NCBI RefSeq assembly: GCF_963921235.1 | Contig: NC_086097.1 | Span: 143,346,001 to 143,406,000 of the forward strand | Direction of reading: 5' to 3' | Source: Mobula hypostoma | Lineage: Eukaryota | Length of the DNA stretch: 60,000 nucleotides | Part shown: piece by piece, positions 12,815 to 25,254 of the stretch | How the letters are laid out: each line of letters starts with the position of its first letter | How positions within the stretch are numbered: position 1 is the stretch's first letter | The notes under the pieces: model-generated | The model's input: only the letters and a program-made list of their open reading frames with translations | What the model was told of the DNA's origin: nothing | The model's database searches: none | Program-made: the position numbers and the translations under genes

Positions 12815-13370
12815 AGCAGCAGTGGGATCTCCCATTTTAATTCCACTTTCCATTCCGATATGTCTATCCATGGCCCCCAGTATCATGATGATGTCACAGT
12901 TCGGTTGGAGAAACAACACCTTATATTCTGTCTGGGTAGCCTCCAACCTGATGCCATGAACATTGACTTCTCCAACTTCTGGTAATGACCCTTCCCTTCA
13001 CCATTTCCCATCCTATTTTCCCTCTCTCACCTTATCTCCTTGCCCACCCATTGCCTCCCTCTGGTGCTCCTCCCATCTCTTCTTTCTTCCATAGCCTTCT
13101 GTTTCTTTCACTAATCAACTTCCCAGCTCTTTACTTCACCCCTCCCCCTTCAGGTTTCACCTACCACCTTATGATTTCTCCCCACTCCCCCCACCCCCCC
13201 CCAGCTTTTAAATCTACTCCTCATCCTTTTTTCTCCAGTCCTGCCGAAGGGTTTTTGGTCCAAATCATCGGCTGTAGTCTTTCCCTAAATGCTGCCTGGC
13301 CTGCTGAGTTTCTCCAGCATTTTGTGTGTGTTGCTCGGATTTCCAGCATCTGCAGATTTTCTTTTGTTTC
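12815..13370 (+). mobile_element. Penelope-like element GIY-YIG C-terminus and 3' tail
   Basis: SHFNSTFHSDMSIHG...RLEKQHLIFCLGSLQPDAMNIDFSNF, then a pyrimidine tract and the tail gctgcctggcctgctgagtttctccagcattttgtgtgtg. Confidence 0.85.
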
Positions 13371-13719
13371 CCCATTGACATCAGCCTGTTTTCTCTTGTG
13401 CCTCCAAGTATCCCAAAACGTCATCCTTAATAGGGGACATCTTAGCAATGACTCAGGTCAGGCTAACTGGTCTGTTTCATGGAGATAAGGCTCAATCTGG
13501 ACACACTGGATAAGTAGGTAAGACCTGAAGGTTTCTCGATTTATAGGATGGATGAAGCTCCCGATTTGGAGAGGGTTTTGGAGTCAGATGCTTTGAATCT
13601 CCAACATGATTGAAAGGAGGAAGAAGACAGATGAGTCCTGAGGAGGCAAAAGCAGGAAGAAAAAAGGACTACATCAAGGAGAATCCATCAGGGAACATGG
13701 ATTTAACTAAGGCACAATA

Positions 13720-14205
13720 GGACATAAAACAGTAAAGCAGAGAAACAGGCCCTTTGTCCTATTATGTTCGTGTCAGTCATGATGCCAAAATATGCAATCT
13801 CTTCTGCCTGCTTATTATCCAGATCCCTCCATTCTCAGCATACTTATATGTGTATCTACAAGTTCCTTAAGTGCCATTATCATATCTGTTTCTATCACTA
13901 CAGCAAGACACCAGAAAAGGTCATGCCCTACATATCTCCCTTAAACTTTCCCCTGTCACCCTAAATGCACATGCTCCAGAATTTGACATTTTTACCTTAG
14001 GAGGAAGATTCTGTCTACCCTACCCATGCTTTTCATAATTTTCTAAATTTCTACCAGGTCTTCCCTCAGCACCCGACTTTCCAGAGAAAACAAATTTGTC
14101 CAACCACCCCTTTTAGCTCATACCCTCTAATCCATGTAGTATCCTGGTACATCTCTTCCGTACCCTTTCCAAAGCCTCCACATCCTTCTTGTAACAGAAC
14201 AGCCA
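13720..14205 (-). mobile_element. CR1 3' fragment
   Basis: Minus-strand YKKDVEALERVRKRCTRILHGLEGMS; aaacaggccct tail. Confidence 0.7.
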
Positions 14206-14458
14206 TACATCTACAAGCTGGCCGAAGTTCCACAAGAAAATGATTCCATAAAAAGGCAAAGAGATAATGATCAAATGATGGATTTTAATTGGGTGTTTTA
14301 AAGGATAAAATAGGCCAAGATGCTGCAAATTTTCTTGTTGCTCTTCTACAACTATTGGGGAAGATTTATAATTACCTGAGAATGCAAATGATTTAATATC
14401 TTAACCTAAAGATAGTGCTTCTGGCAGTCCAATACCCCTTCAGTATGTCAGTCCAGAC

Positions 14459-14538
14459 CAAAGGTTCCCAACTTGGGGTCCACAGACCCCTCAGTTAATG
14501 GTGAGTGTCCATGACATAAAAAAAGTTGGGAACCTCTG
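14459..14538. mobile_element. 80-bp hAT (Charlie-like) MITE
   Basis: Inverted ends caaaggttcccaac...gttgggaacctctg; a related partial copy is at 58562-58631. Confidence 0.7.
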
Positions 14539-15800
14539 CTCTACAATGTGTGTACATGTTTCTGGTGAGCTTTCAGCCCATGAAAAACTCTTCTCCATCC
14601 CAGTGATTACCTAAGGAAACACTTAAAGAATCTCTTGGCTTGGTTTCCATAGATTGAGTTTATTAGCAGTATTACAGATGCAAACTTGTATGATTTACAA
14701 TTTGGTTATACTTTATAATGTTGATAATATCCAGCGAATATATATAGAAATAGATCTCCATTTTGCAGTTTACATTGTTAATTCCTAGAAGAGAAAGAAA
14801 ACAGAATTAAAGATAATCACTCAGCAGATTGTCACATCCATATGACTCCAAAGAGTTGGTTCCAACTTGCTCAACAGGTAAAATGAATAAGCAGGGAACC
14901 CACTCATTGATGAACATTTTAGTAGTGATATCTGGAGCTTCCCATATTCAATTTAAAGCTGCCTTCCTGAGCAGCTATCAAATAAGAGAACCAGGTTTAA
15001 TGTTGACCAGAGGAAGAAAGCCCAGCAGAGAATATATCTAGAGGGAATTGGAAGCTAAAGGTGTGTATTGCTGCTTATTCTTTCCTTTGACTCATCAGCA
15101 AGTAGAGAGACCCTTCTTGTCAGCTCACTTTCTCAACCCAACCACTGCCACCCAGCAAGCCTCCACCACTTCTCCTGACACCTGACCCCATCTAATCCGT
15201 TCATGCATAGCTGCTGAAATTTCCGCACTGACTCTAAATATGTAACCATTCTAAACTAGGGATGTCAGGAATTAGTCAGCACCATGCCAGTAAGGTCTAG
15301 CCTGAGTCCACCATTCCTGCCAATGGATAAGATCTCCCTTGGGTTCCTGTTTATTACCCACGCACTGGGGAAAGATATTTCCAATAGTGGGCAATGGAAG
15401 CAGGGCTGTTTTTTATTGTCAATTCATGGGAAAAACTGAGTATTTAACTAAAGCTAGAGACAGCTTAAATAGCAGACCACATATTGTTTGACTAGAGTCA
15501 AGGAATCCAGGATGTATCAGATTCCAGTTCCTAGCTGCAGAGGTTGATTAATGAATCTGCTGAACTTCCAAACACAACTTATTTGTTTAAAGTGACAGTT
15601 TTTGTTATTTGTTGCTGCAGCAGTCACAATTTTTAATTTAGATTTCAATCACATGTGGCAAATTTATTTTTCTTTCAGACAATGGAATGGACAGCCACAG
15701 GCTTTTCTCACTCAAGGCTCTTCCAACCTGCAGGGATGGGAGATTCGCCTGATTGGGTAGGGGCAAACTCAACGTTAGGTCCAGTGGGAATAGTCAGAAA

Positions 15801-17685
15801 GAAACATAGAAACATAGAAACATAGAAAATAGGTGCAGGAGTAGGCCATTCGGCCCTTCGAGCCTGCACCGCCATTTATTATGATCATGGCTGATCATCC
15901 AACTCAGAACCCAGCCTTCCCTCCATACCCCCTGACCCCTGTAGCCACAAGGGCCATATCTAACTTCCTTTTAAACATAGCTAATGAACTGGCCTCAACA
16001 GTTTGCTGTGGCAGAGAATTCCACAGATTCACCACTCTCTGTGTGAAGAAGTTTTTCCTAACCTCGGTCCTAAAAGGCTTCCCCTCTATCCTCAAACTGT
16101 GACCCCTCGTTCTAGACCTCCCCAACATCGGGAACAATCTTCCTGCATCTAGCCTGTCCAATCCCTTTAGGATCTTATACGTTTCAATCAGATCCCCCCT
16201 CAATCTTCTAAATTCCAACGAGTACAAGCCCAGTTCATCCAGTCTTTCTTCATATGAAAGACCTGCCATCCCAGGAATCAATCTGGTGAACCTTCTTTGT
16301 ACTCCCTCTATGGCAAAGATGTCTTTCCTCAGATTAGGGGACCAAAACTGCACACAATACTCCAGGTGTGGTCTCACCAAGGCCTTGTACAACTGCAGTA
16401 GTACCTCCCTGCTCCTGTACTCGAATCCTCTCGCTATAAATGCCAGCATACCGTTCGCCTTTTTCACCGCCTGCTGTACCTGCATGCCCACTTTCAATGA
16501 CTGGTGTATAATGACACCCAGGTCTCGTTGCACCTCCCCTTTTCCTAATCGGCCACCATTCAGATAATAATCTGTTTTCCTATTTTTGCCACCAAAGTGG
16601 ATAACTTCACATTTATCCACATTAAATTGCATCTGCCATGAGTTTGCCCACTCACCCAACCTATCCAAGTCACCCTGCATCCTCTTAGCATCCTCCTCAC
16701 TGCTAACACTGCCACCCAGCTTCGTGTCATCCGCAAACTTGGAGATGCTGCATTTAATTCCCTCATCCAAGTCATTAATATATATTGTAAACAACTGGGG
16801 TCCCAGCACTGAGCCTTGCGGTACCCCACTAGTCACCGCCTGCCATTCTGAAAAGGTCCCGTTTATTCCCACTCTTTGCTTCCTGTCTGCTAACCAATTC
16901 TCCACCCACACCAATACCTTACCCCCAATACCGTGTGCTTTAAGTTTGCACACTAATCTCCTATGTGGGACCTTGTCAAAAGCCTTTTGAAAATCCAAAT
17001 ATACCACATCCACTGGTTCTCCCCTATCCACTCTACTAGTTACATCCTCAAAAAATTCTATGAGATTCGTCAGACATGATTTTCCTTTCACAAATCCATG
17101 CTGACTTTGTCCGATCATTTCACCGCTTTCCAAATGTGCTGTTATCACATCCTTGATAACTGACTCCAGCAGTTTCCCCACCACCGACGTTAGGCTAACC
17201 GGCCTATAATTCCCCGGTTTCTCTCTCCCTCCTTTTTTAAAAAGTGGGGTTACATTAGCCACCCTCCAATCCTCAGGAACTAGTCCAGAATCTAACGAGT
17301 TTTGAAAAATTATCACTAATGCATCCACTATTTCTTGGGCCACTTCCTTAAGCACTCTGGGATGCAGACCATCTGGCCCTGGGGATTTATCTGCCTTCAA
17401 TCCCTTCAATTTACCTAACACCACTTCCCTACTAACATGTATTTCGCTCAGTTCCTCCATCTCACTGGACCCTCTGTCCCTTACTATTTCTGGAAGATTA
17501 TTTATGTCCTCCTTAGTGAAGACAGAACCAAAGTAATTATTCAATTGGTCTGCCATGTCCTTGCTCCCCATAATCAATTCACCTGTTTCTGTCTGCAGGG
17601 GACCTACATTTGTCTTTACCAGTCTTTTCCTTTTTACATATCTATAAAAGCTTTTACAGTCCGTTTTTATGTTTTCTGCCAGTTT
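15801..17685 (-). mobile_element. Young 5'-truncated CR1 LINE with an uninterrupted 557-aa RT ORF (15904-17577)
   Basis: KSPGPDG, NYRPVSLTS, YLDFQKAFDKVPH, GVPQGSVLGPQLF and KFADD motifs with no stops; (TTTCTATG)n 3' tail at 15801-15828; no endonuclease domain. Confidence 0.95.
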
Positions 17686-18534
17686 ACATTTGCCTCCCAG
17701 TAATTCAACAGTTTCTCAATGACACTACTGGCTGTTTGCACTGACACTGCCACTTTACATTGGTGCACTATGCCCACCCAACTCCTTACCTTCATTTTAG
17801 CAATTTCCTGAATTCCCTGAACATATATAGATATCCAGAACTTTATCCATATTGATAATCTGTTCCCTTTGTCTTCAATTTATCTCCACTATTACCCTTT
17901 CCCATAAAATAACTGAAGCAAACAAGGGAGTGAGATTAGAGCGAGTGATATTTAAGTAACAGCTAAACTTTAAGTGTGTGGGCACTGAGCAAAAGAGCGG
18001 GATAAGAACACCAGACTTTACCTGATGATCTACTGCTGTTTTTCAAAAGGCACATCTGAAATTTTCAGAAGTTTTAACTATTTGGCCAGGCAGAGTTTTT
18101 ATCTTCTCTGGTTGTGTTATTGATATAAGGTCAGGTTCAGCTTACAAAGTATTATCCCCGAGAGGTGCTCAGTCCATTTAAACTATAGCAGAGGATGATT
18201 ACCTTAGACCTGAAATAGAACAGTGATCAAACTGCTTACTTTGAATGACTTTAAACACAATGTCATTGAACCTTGTTGTCATGTGACAGCATGCCTGCGC
18301 TGTGCTTCATTTCTAATTACAAAAACAAGGAATTAACCATGAAATTGGCATTATAACAAAGATGCTAAAATAATCTGAACAATATTCCAGGAAATGTTAG
18401 AATATTTAGTTTGCAGCAGGAAAGAGTAATGAATAAATGAATTAATGATTGAACAAATGTTGCAATTCTCAAACAAGAAAGATACTGCAGAGAAATTTGA
18501 GACTGTAGTTGCTTGCACTACATATAAATCAGGA

Positions 18535-18725
18535 AGCCCACATAAAAGTTGCTGGTGAAGGCAGCAGGCCAGGCAGCATCTCTAGGAAGAGGTGCAGTCG
18601 ACGTTTCGGGCTGAGACCCTTCGTCAGGACTAACTGAAAGAAGAGCTAGTAAGAGATTTGAAAGGGGGAGGGGGAGATCTGAAATGATAGGAGAAGACAG
18701 GAGGGGGAGGGATGGAGCCAGGAGC
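18535..18725 (-). mobile_element. Penelope-like element 3' tail fragment
   Basis: gcagcaggccaggcagcatc...cagtcgacgtttcgggctgagacccttcgtcaggact, homologous to the tail attached to the GIY-YIG remnant at 25255-25910. Confidence 0.8.
18595..18632 (-). ncRNA. Minimal type I hammerhead ribozyme motif
   Basis: The minus strand reads UAGUC-CUGACGA-A-GGG(UCUCAG)CCC-GAAAC-GUC-GACUG: intact CUGANGA and GAAA core, GUC cleavage triplet, paired stems I and II, palindromic ACGU stem III. Confidence 0.75.
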
Positions 18726-19700
18726 AGCTTTAGGCCATTCAGCCCCTCAGTTCTTCTCTGTCAGTTAATAAACTGTTGATCTAATCGTTTCAGTCAAATC
18801 ACTGCAACCTTTTATTTCCACGTTCATCGAGAATGTATCCTTCTCTGCTTCAGAATTACTGAAAGACTCTGCCTCCATTGATCCTTGAGGGAATGAGTTT
18901 AAAAAAAAGCACTGAAAATTTGCATGATAGGCGGCGCTTCATTTTTAAACAGGGACCCTTTATTCCAACTTCTTACACAACATCCTCTTCACATTCCCAA
19001 ATCTCTCAGGATCTTACATTTTCATTCGCTCCCCTTCACTCTTCTAACCTCCACTGAATATAAGGCCGGCCTGTCTGACATCTCTGCACAAGACGGCCTG
19101 CTGATGTATTAGCCTAGTAAAGTGTGCTCCTCACCCTCGCATTTCTGCACTGATAACCTTCTGAATGGCTTCTTATGCACGTGTTTAAATAGGAGACAAG
19201 TACTGTATTCAGTACTCCGGGCATGGCCGCAAAATTGTGGGCCAAATCCTGCCTTGCTCTGTGTTCTAGAATTCAGCCAACACCCAATATAATTGAAGTA
19301 TAGCCTCCTTTTGAATTCAATTCAGCCAGCAGGGAGCAATGACATTTTATTACCTTGCCTAGTGCCTTGCAATGCCTGAAAACTAAAGATTTATGAATTG
19401 TGCACAATGACATCCACACCGCTTCACATTCTAGGGGTCTGCATTTGGATGATATGCCTTTTCACTTTTTCTGCCCAGATACATTTCTCTCATCATCTAT
19501 CTGCTTTTTCAGCTAAACTATCTACATCCCGTTGTGGTTTCCTTAGGCCTTCTCCACAATTCACTTTCTGACCTATTTGTGTGGCATCAGCAAATTTAGA
19601 AAGCAAAGCTTCACTGCCTTGATCCAGGATGTTCACTAAATTGTAAAAGGTTGAGGGTCCAGCATTGGTTGCTATGTCAGAGCACGCAATCCCTTCCCTA
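18726..19700 (-). mobile_element. Old CR1 fragments
   Basis: ggccattcagcccctc tail, ccccttcactcttctaacctcca, and gtggcatcagcaaatttag (reverse of KFAD); highly decayed. Confidence 0.55.
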
Positions 19701-20309
19701 AATATCTTTCTGCACCCTTTACTTTGATGAGCAAAAGAACATACTTAGAGACAAGTGAGGGGAACAATTTTCAACCTAATCATTCTACGCTGGTAGTTAT
19801 CTTGTGCAAAAATTAATAGCTTTAATCATATTTGAATATTGCGTTATTCCATCTCTTCACTCACTTCACTCGTTCAGCTATTGAATCGTAATTGTAAGTA
19901 CCAAAGTCATTTTTTTGCCTTAATTACTAATATTTTGAAAAAGTCAACAACCTGACACAAGACAGAAAATGTTGTAAATTCCCTGCCGGTCAGGCCACAC
20001 CTGTGAGAACCAAACAAGTAAATGTTTCAGCTTGACAACCCCAAAACTGTTTTGTGTGTTTATGAGGGCAGTGGTGGAGCTCTTTCTTTCAAATTGTCCC
20101 AATGGTGAGGAGGCTCCAATGTTGAGGCTCCCTCATCTAATCGGGTCCTGACAGAGGAGCTCCTACAGGATCTCAGGATAGTATTTGCTGAGGCCTACGA
20201 GTTAGGATAGGCCACGTTTACAAGGGATTACAGAGAACTAATAGTTCCTGTGATCTCAGAGCAAGAATGGCACCTTTTAAATGAATCATATAGGACAAAT
20301 TGAAGGATT

Positions 20310-21625
20310 TTATTTCACTACTGAGCAGGTGAGAAAGGTTCTGGAGAAATTCAGACATGGCGAAGCATTGGGACCAGATGGTGTGAAACTCAAGGTCCTG
20401 AAGGTGTGTGCTGAGCAGCTGTGTGGAGGTCTTCAGCGCATTGTCGATCTGAGTACCAGCCTGGAAAGAGTCCCAGCTGTGTGGAAAACATGTGTGGTCC
20501 CAGTGCCCAAGGGCCAACTGAAAGCCCTGACCTCACACAGCATGAAGTCCCTAGAGTGGCTGGTTTTGGCTCACCTCCAGACCCTGGTCAGATCAGCTCT
20601 CGGTCCCCTGCAGATTGCCTACCAGGAGCACATTGGAGTCGACAATGCTGTCACCTACCTGCTGAACAGAGCCTACTCCCATCTGGGTAAGCAGGGAGGC
20701 ACTGTGAGGATCATGTTTTTCGATTTCTCAAGTGCCTTCAATACCATACAGCCCTCACTGATGGGGGAAAGCTCTGTTTAATGCAGGTTAGCACTTTCGT
20801 CATATCCTGGATAATGGTCTACCTGACTGGCAGACCACAATTTGTATGCTTTCAGGGCTGTGTGTCAGACATTGCTATAAGCAGCACTGGGGCCCCACAG
20901 AGGGCTGTATTGGCTCCCTTCCTGTTTACCCTGTATATCTTGGTCTTTAGATACAACACTGAGTGATGTCATCTGCAGAAATTCTCTGATGACTCAGCAG
21001 TAGATGGGTGTATAAAGGGAGGATGAATACAGCGTCCTGATGGAGGACTTTGTCAAATGGTGCAAACTGACTCATCTGTAGCTCAACATCAGTAAGACAA
21101 AGGAGATGGTGATGGACTTTAGGAAGACAGTCTGCACTGCTCCCTGTTACTACTGATGGTGAGGGCGTGGATGTGGCGAGGACCTACAGGTACCTGGGGT
21201 GCACCTGGATGACAGACTTGAGTGGAGCACCAACACAGAGGCTGAATACAAGAAGGGCCAGGGCTGCCTCGACTTCCTGAGGCTCCTATGGAAAATCCTG
21301 GCAATTCTGGACAATGTTTCTCACCCTCTGTATGCCACCTTGGCTGAACAGAGGAGCACTTTTAGTAATAGACTAAGACAACTGTGCTACTCCAAAGAGT
21401 GCTATATGAGGTCAATCTTACCCTCGGCCATTAGGCTCTATAATGAGTCAACCTATAGCTGGGGAAGTGATGACCCCTTTCTGTTAGACTGTTTGAGGTA
21501 ACTTATTTTCTATTCTTTCTTACTTCTCTTCTAATATTTGTACATTTGTATATCTGTGCACTTGGAATGCTACTGTGACACTGTAAATTCCTTTGGGATC
21601 AGTAAAATAACCATCTGTCTATCTA
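20310..21625 (+). mobile_element. Rex1/Babar-like non-LTR retrotransposon 3' portion (decayed)
   Basis: VRIMFFDFSSAFNTIQP, TGAPQRAVLAPFLFTLY and LQKFSDD; 3' end matches the copy ending at 5206. Confidence 0.88.
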
Positions 21626-22155
21626 TTAGGTAGAGGAGGTACGTAATAAAGTATTTATGTATGTTCATAGTCTTCTGCTGCTGTAGCCCATCTACATCAA
21701 GGTTTGCCACGTTGTGCCTTCAGGGATGCTCTTCTGCACATCACGATTGTAATGTGTATTTATTTGAGTTACTGTCACCTTCCTGTCAGCTTGAACCTGT
21801 CTAGTCATTCTCCTCTGACCTCTCTCATTAACAATATGTTTTCATCCACAGAACTGCCACTCACTGGATGTTTTTTGTACCATTCTCTGTAAACTCTAGA
21901 GAATGGTGTGAGCGAAAATTCCAGGAGATCTGCAGTTTCTGATATACTCCAACCACCTTGTCTGGCTCTAACAATTAATCCATGGTTAAACTCACTTAGA
22001 TCACATTTCTTTCCTATTCTGATGTCTGGTCTGAACAACTAAACCTCTTGACCATTTCTGCATCCTTTTGTCCATTGAGTTGCTGCCACATGATTGTTTG
22101 ATTAGATATTTGCATTAATGAGCAGGTGTACCTAATAAAGTGGACACTGAGTGTA
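21626..22155 (-). mobile_element. Tc1-like transposon remnant
   Basis: Minus-strand GKKCDLSEFNHGLIVRARQGGWSISETADLLEFS...SRVYREW is a Tc1 transposase HTH; terminal repeat caggtgtacctaataaagtggacactgagtg-TA. Confidence 0.8.
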
Positions 22156-23214
22156 CGTCAATATCTTGGAAAGAATGCCAAAGAGATTACTGGAATGTCA
22201 CCAGGGAAGATGGAGGAGAAGAAACAATCTAGGATTGTTCTCAAAGCATTGAAGATACAATGGAAATGCTTACAAATCCAAACCATTTCCACTGGCATGC
22301 TAGCCAATAACCAGAGAACCTAAACAAGGTAATTGATTAAAGAAATTCAGGTGAGATCAGGGTTTATTTAATGATTATTCAGTGCAGTGTGTAGGTGGAA
22401 AGCAGGGTAGCGGCTGATTCTAAAGTAACTACTAAAAGAAAATTGGCTAGATAATTGGGAAGGTAAATTTGAAGCTCCACGTGCAAAAAGAAATAGTGGA
22501 GAGGAACCATTTCCAAATAACTTGAAAAGAAGTGGCAGAAAAGTAGCGGCCAGAACGGTTTCCTTCTACACGCTATGCTTCCACTGATGAAACCTGGTGA
22601 GAGAAGCTTTTTTTGAACCACAGAATGATTTCTCCACCTTCAGTCATCATGTACAGGAACGGCAATGAGATCAGCGCATCAAGGCAGAATCAGTAATTGG
22701 GTTAAAAGCTTTTCCTGTCTGAGTGCAGTAGAGAAGCTTAAAGTGCATCAGTTAATCAATAGAAAGGTTTCTATTTCAGCTCAGAAGCCGCTGTAGATGC
22801 AGAGTTTTGATTGCACACTGGAGAAAAGCAAAGTTGCAGCATCCAGCTCCTGTAAATGTACAAGCTGCAGATGATGATGGGAGTGATTTGCTCGCATCTG
22901 GTAAGGTACAGTTCATGTATTGCTGTGTCATCCCTCAATGTACGCCGTACTCTGGGGATGTGATTCGCTCTCAGGTAACGTACAGATGTTTGCACGTTCC
23001 TTGTATCTCAGATGTAAGGAATGAGTCATTCAGCTCCGGTGCCACGTTACTAGTGTGTATCTCAATGTCAGCTCCTCTGTGTAGCGTCCCTGCTGGGCAA
23101 AGGGAAAGTTTCACCCAGCCTGCTATTGTAATACCAATATCTAATGTTGAATTCCTATGCACGTACAAACCAGGTGAAAATAGCAAATCTCTGCTTGAGG
23201 AAAAAAAAAGTGTG

Positions 23215-23350
23215 GCTGTTCTGCCGAAGAGTTTTGGCCTGAAACATCGACTGTACTTTTTTTCCCCATAGATGCTGCCTGGCCTGCTGAGTTCCTCCAG
23301 CATTTTGTGTGCGTTGCTCGGATTCCAAGCATCTGCAGATTTTCTCTTGT
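23215..23350 (+). mobile_element. Penelope-like tail fragment
   Basis: gatgctgcctggcctgctgagttcctccagcattttgtgtg...atctgcagattttct. Confidence 0.75.
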
Positions 23351-24004
23351 GGTTATAAATGTTTATTTTGCATCTTATTGTTTATTTTATATTGCGCTGA
23401 ATGAGTGACACATTGGCAATGATTTGCCCCAGCAATGCAGTCTGATGATCGTGCCACACCCCTCAGCCGGAGGGTACTGTATCTCCAATCTAATGGCTGT
23501 GCAATTTTAACTGATCTGCCTTTCAATTGTTTTCTTCGAAAAGCAGGCACACAATAATGTCTCAAGCCATTATGGTGTGATCCGGGAGCTCTCTTTGCGA
23601 TTGTTCCAGAATGTTCCTTGCACGAGAACAGAGAGACCTAATTAAATCTCTGAGAGGTGGCAGTGCATTTCAATAAGGTGGGGACTCAACACATGTTGTG
23701 ACACACACTGGAACAGTGCGCCTTCTGGGCAGTTTGAAAACAAGCTCTCCGAGATGATCGCAAGTCAGTTTCCCGCTCACACAATAGCGTCAGATCACCA
23801 CTCATTGCTTCCTTTACAATGATGACAAATTGCTGTTTATTGATCACTGCTGCTTCTTCCCATAGATGTATTACTGATGGAATCAGACCTCACTGTAGCT
23901 GGTCTGTATCTTCAGGGGAACGTTGAAATTGCAAATCTCCTAACTATGTTTCTTTCCGTGACTCTGATTTACTTCTTTTTCCTACTGCATTCACCGTGTT
24001 GTAG

Positions 24005-24795
24005 AGGCTTAGCCGACCCTTCATGCTCACCACCAAATCCCTATCTTCATTAATCTAATCTTCCATCATTTGGCCCAAAGCCTTCAAGCATTAGCAAACC
24101 AAGGGTTTGTCTGGATACTTTGTGTTGTGAAAGTACGTAGAATCACTGCCCAGTCAGATAGTGTGTTCCAGATTCCAACACCCTCTGATAGAAATAGAAA
24201 ATCTTCCTCAGATCCTCCCTAAACCTGCTACCCTTTACCTTACACTAGTGCACTCCAGTACTGGGCACTTCTGGTACAATGAGAAAAGTTTCTCACTCTC
24301 TACCCTTTCTATGCCCTTGTAATTTTGAACACCTCACTCCGGTCTCCGTTCAGTCTCCTGCTCTACAAGAAAACAAACCCAAGTTACCCAATCTCTCCTC
24401 ATTAAGGAAATGCACCATCCCAGACAAAACCCTGGTGAATCTCCTTTGATCCCCCTCCAGGGCAATCGTGTTCTTCCAATAGTGTGGCCTCCAGAACTGC
24501 ATGTGGTTTAACCAATGTTCAATGTTGGATCTGATCTGATTGGATTTGACACATAAAGCTAATCTTATAATCTGTTCTATAAAGTGGGACCATAACCTCC
24601 TGCTCTCAATTTATATGCCATGATAATAATGAATTGTATATACCATCTTTCCCACTTTATCTGTCTGTACTGCCACCTTCAAGCATCCTTGAAGATATAC
24701 ACAAAGTTTCCTCTAATCCTCAATATGCTCTGGGCTCTACTATTCATTGTAAATACACTAGTTTTATTAGTCCTACCAAAATACATCACCATCTT
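24005..24795 (-). mobile_element. Old CR1 3' fragment
   Basis: gtgttccagattccaacaccctctg, ccctggtgaatctcct and ccagaactgca are reverse CR1 3' motifs. Confidence 0.55.
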
Positions 24796-25254
24796 TGAAT
24801 GGTGCTCTCACCTGATCTTTGATCTCCTTGGGATAGATTCCCTTCATGTACGTCTAGATCCTTCAGTCTGGGGCAGGGCCTCAACTTTGACCTTCACCTT
24901 GGGATGGTGTCCGTCATTGTGGTCAAAGTCCTTTGGTGTTTGAAGCTGACTCACCAAGGAGCTGTGAAGATGACATGACAGTTAAAAGACCACGCCTCTG
25001 CCTGCATGGGACTTCCTCCACTGAAGTGCTGGGGTTTAGTGCTCATTTCTCTGGACAGGGCTTGAATCCATGACAAAAGAGATAACATTCAGCCAGAAGC
25101 ATAACACCATGATCCTTGAAATCCAAAATAAAAATAGCGTTTCCAGTATCTGCAGATTTTCTCTTGTTTGGAGAAATAGGAAGTGCCGGATCAGGCAGTA
25201 TCCATGAACTGATAAATAGAATCAATATTTCAGGCTGATGAGCTATGATAACTT

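Noticed and set aside
15904..17577. 557-aa ORF as a domesticated host gene
   Set aside because: It is a plain CR1 ORF2 3' part with its UTR and microsatellite tail; recent insertion explains the intact frame.
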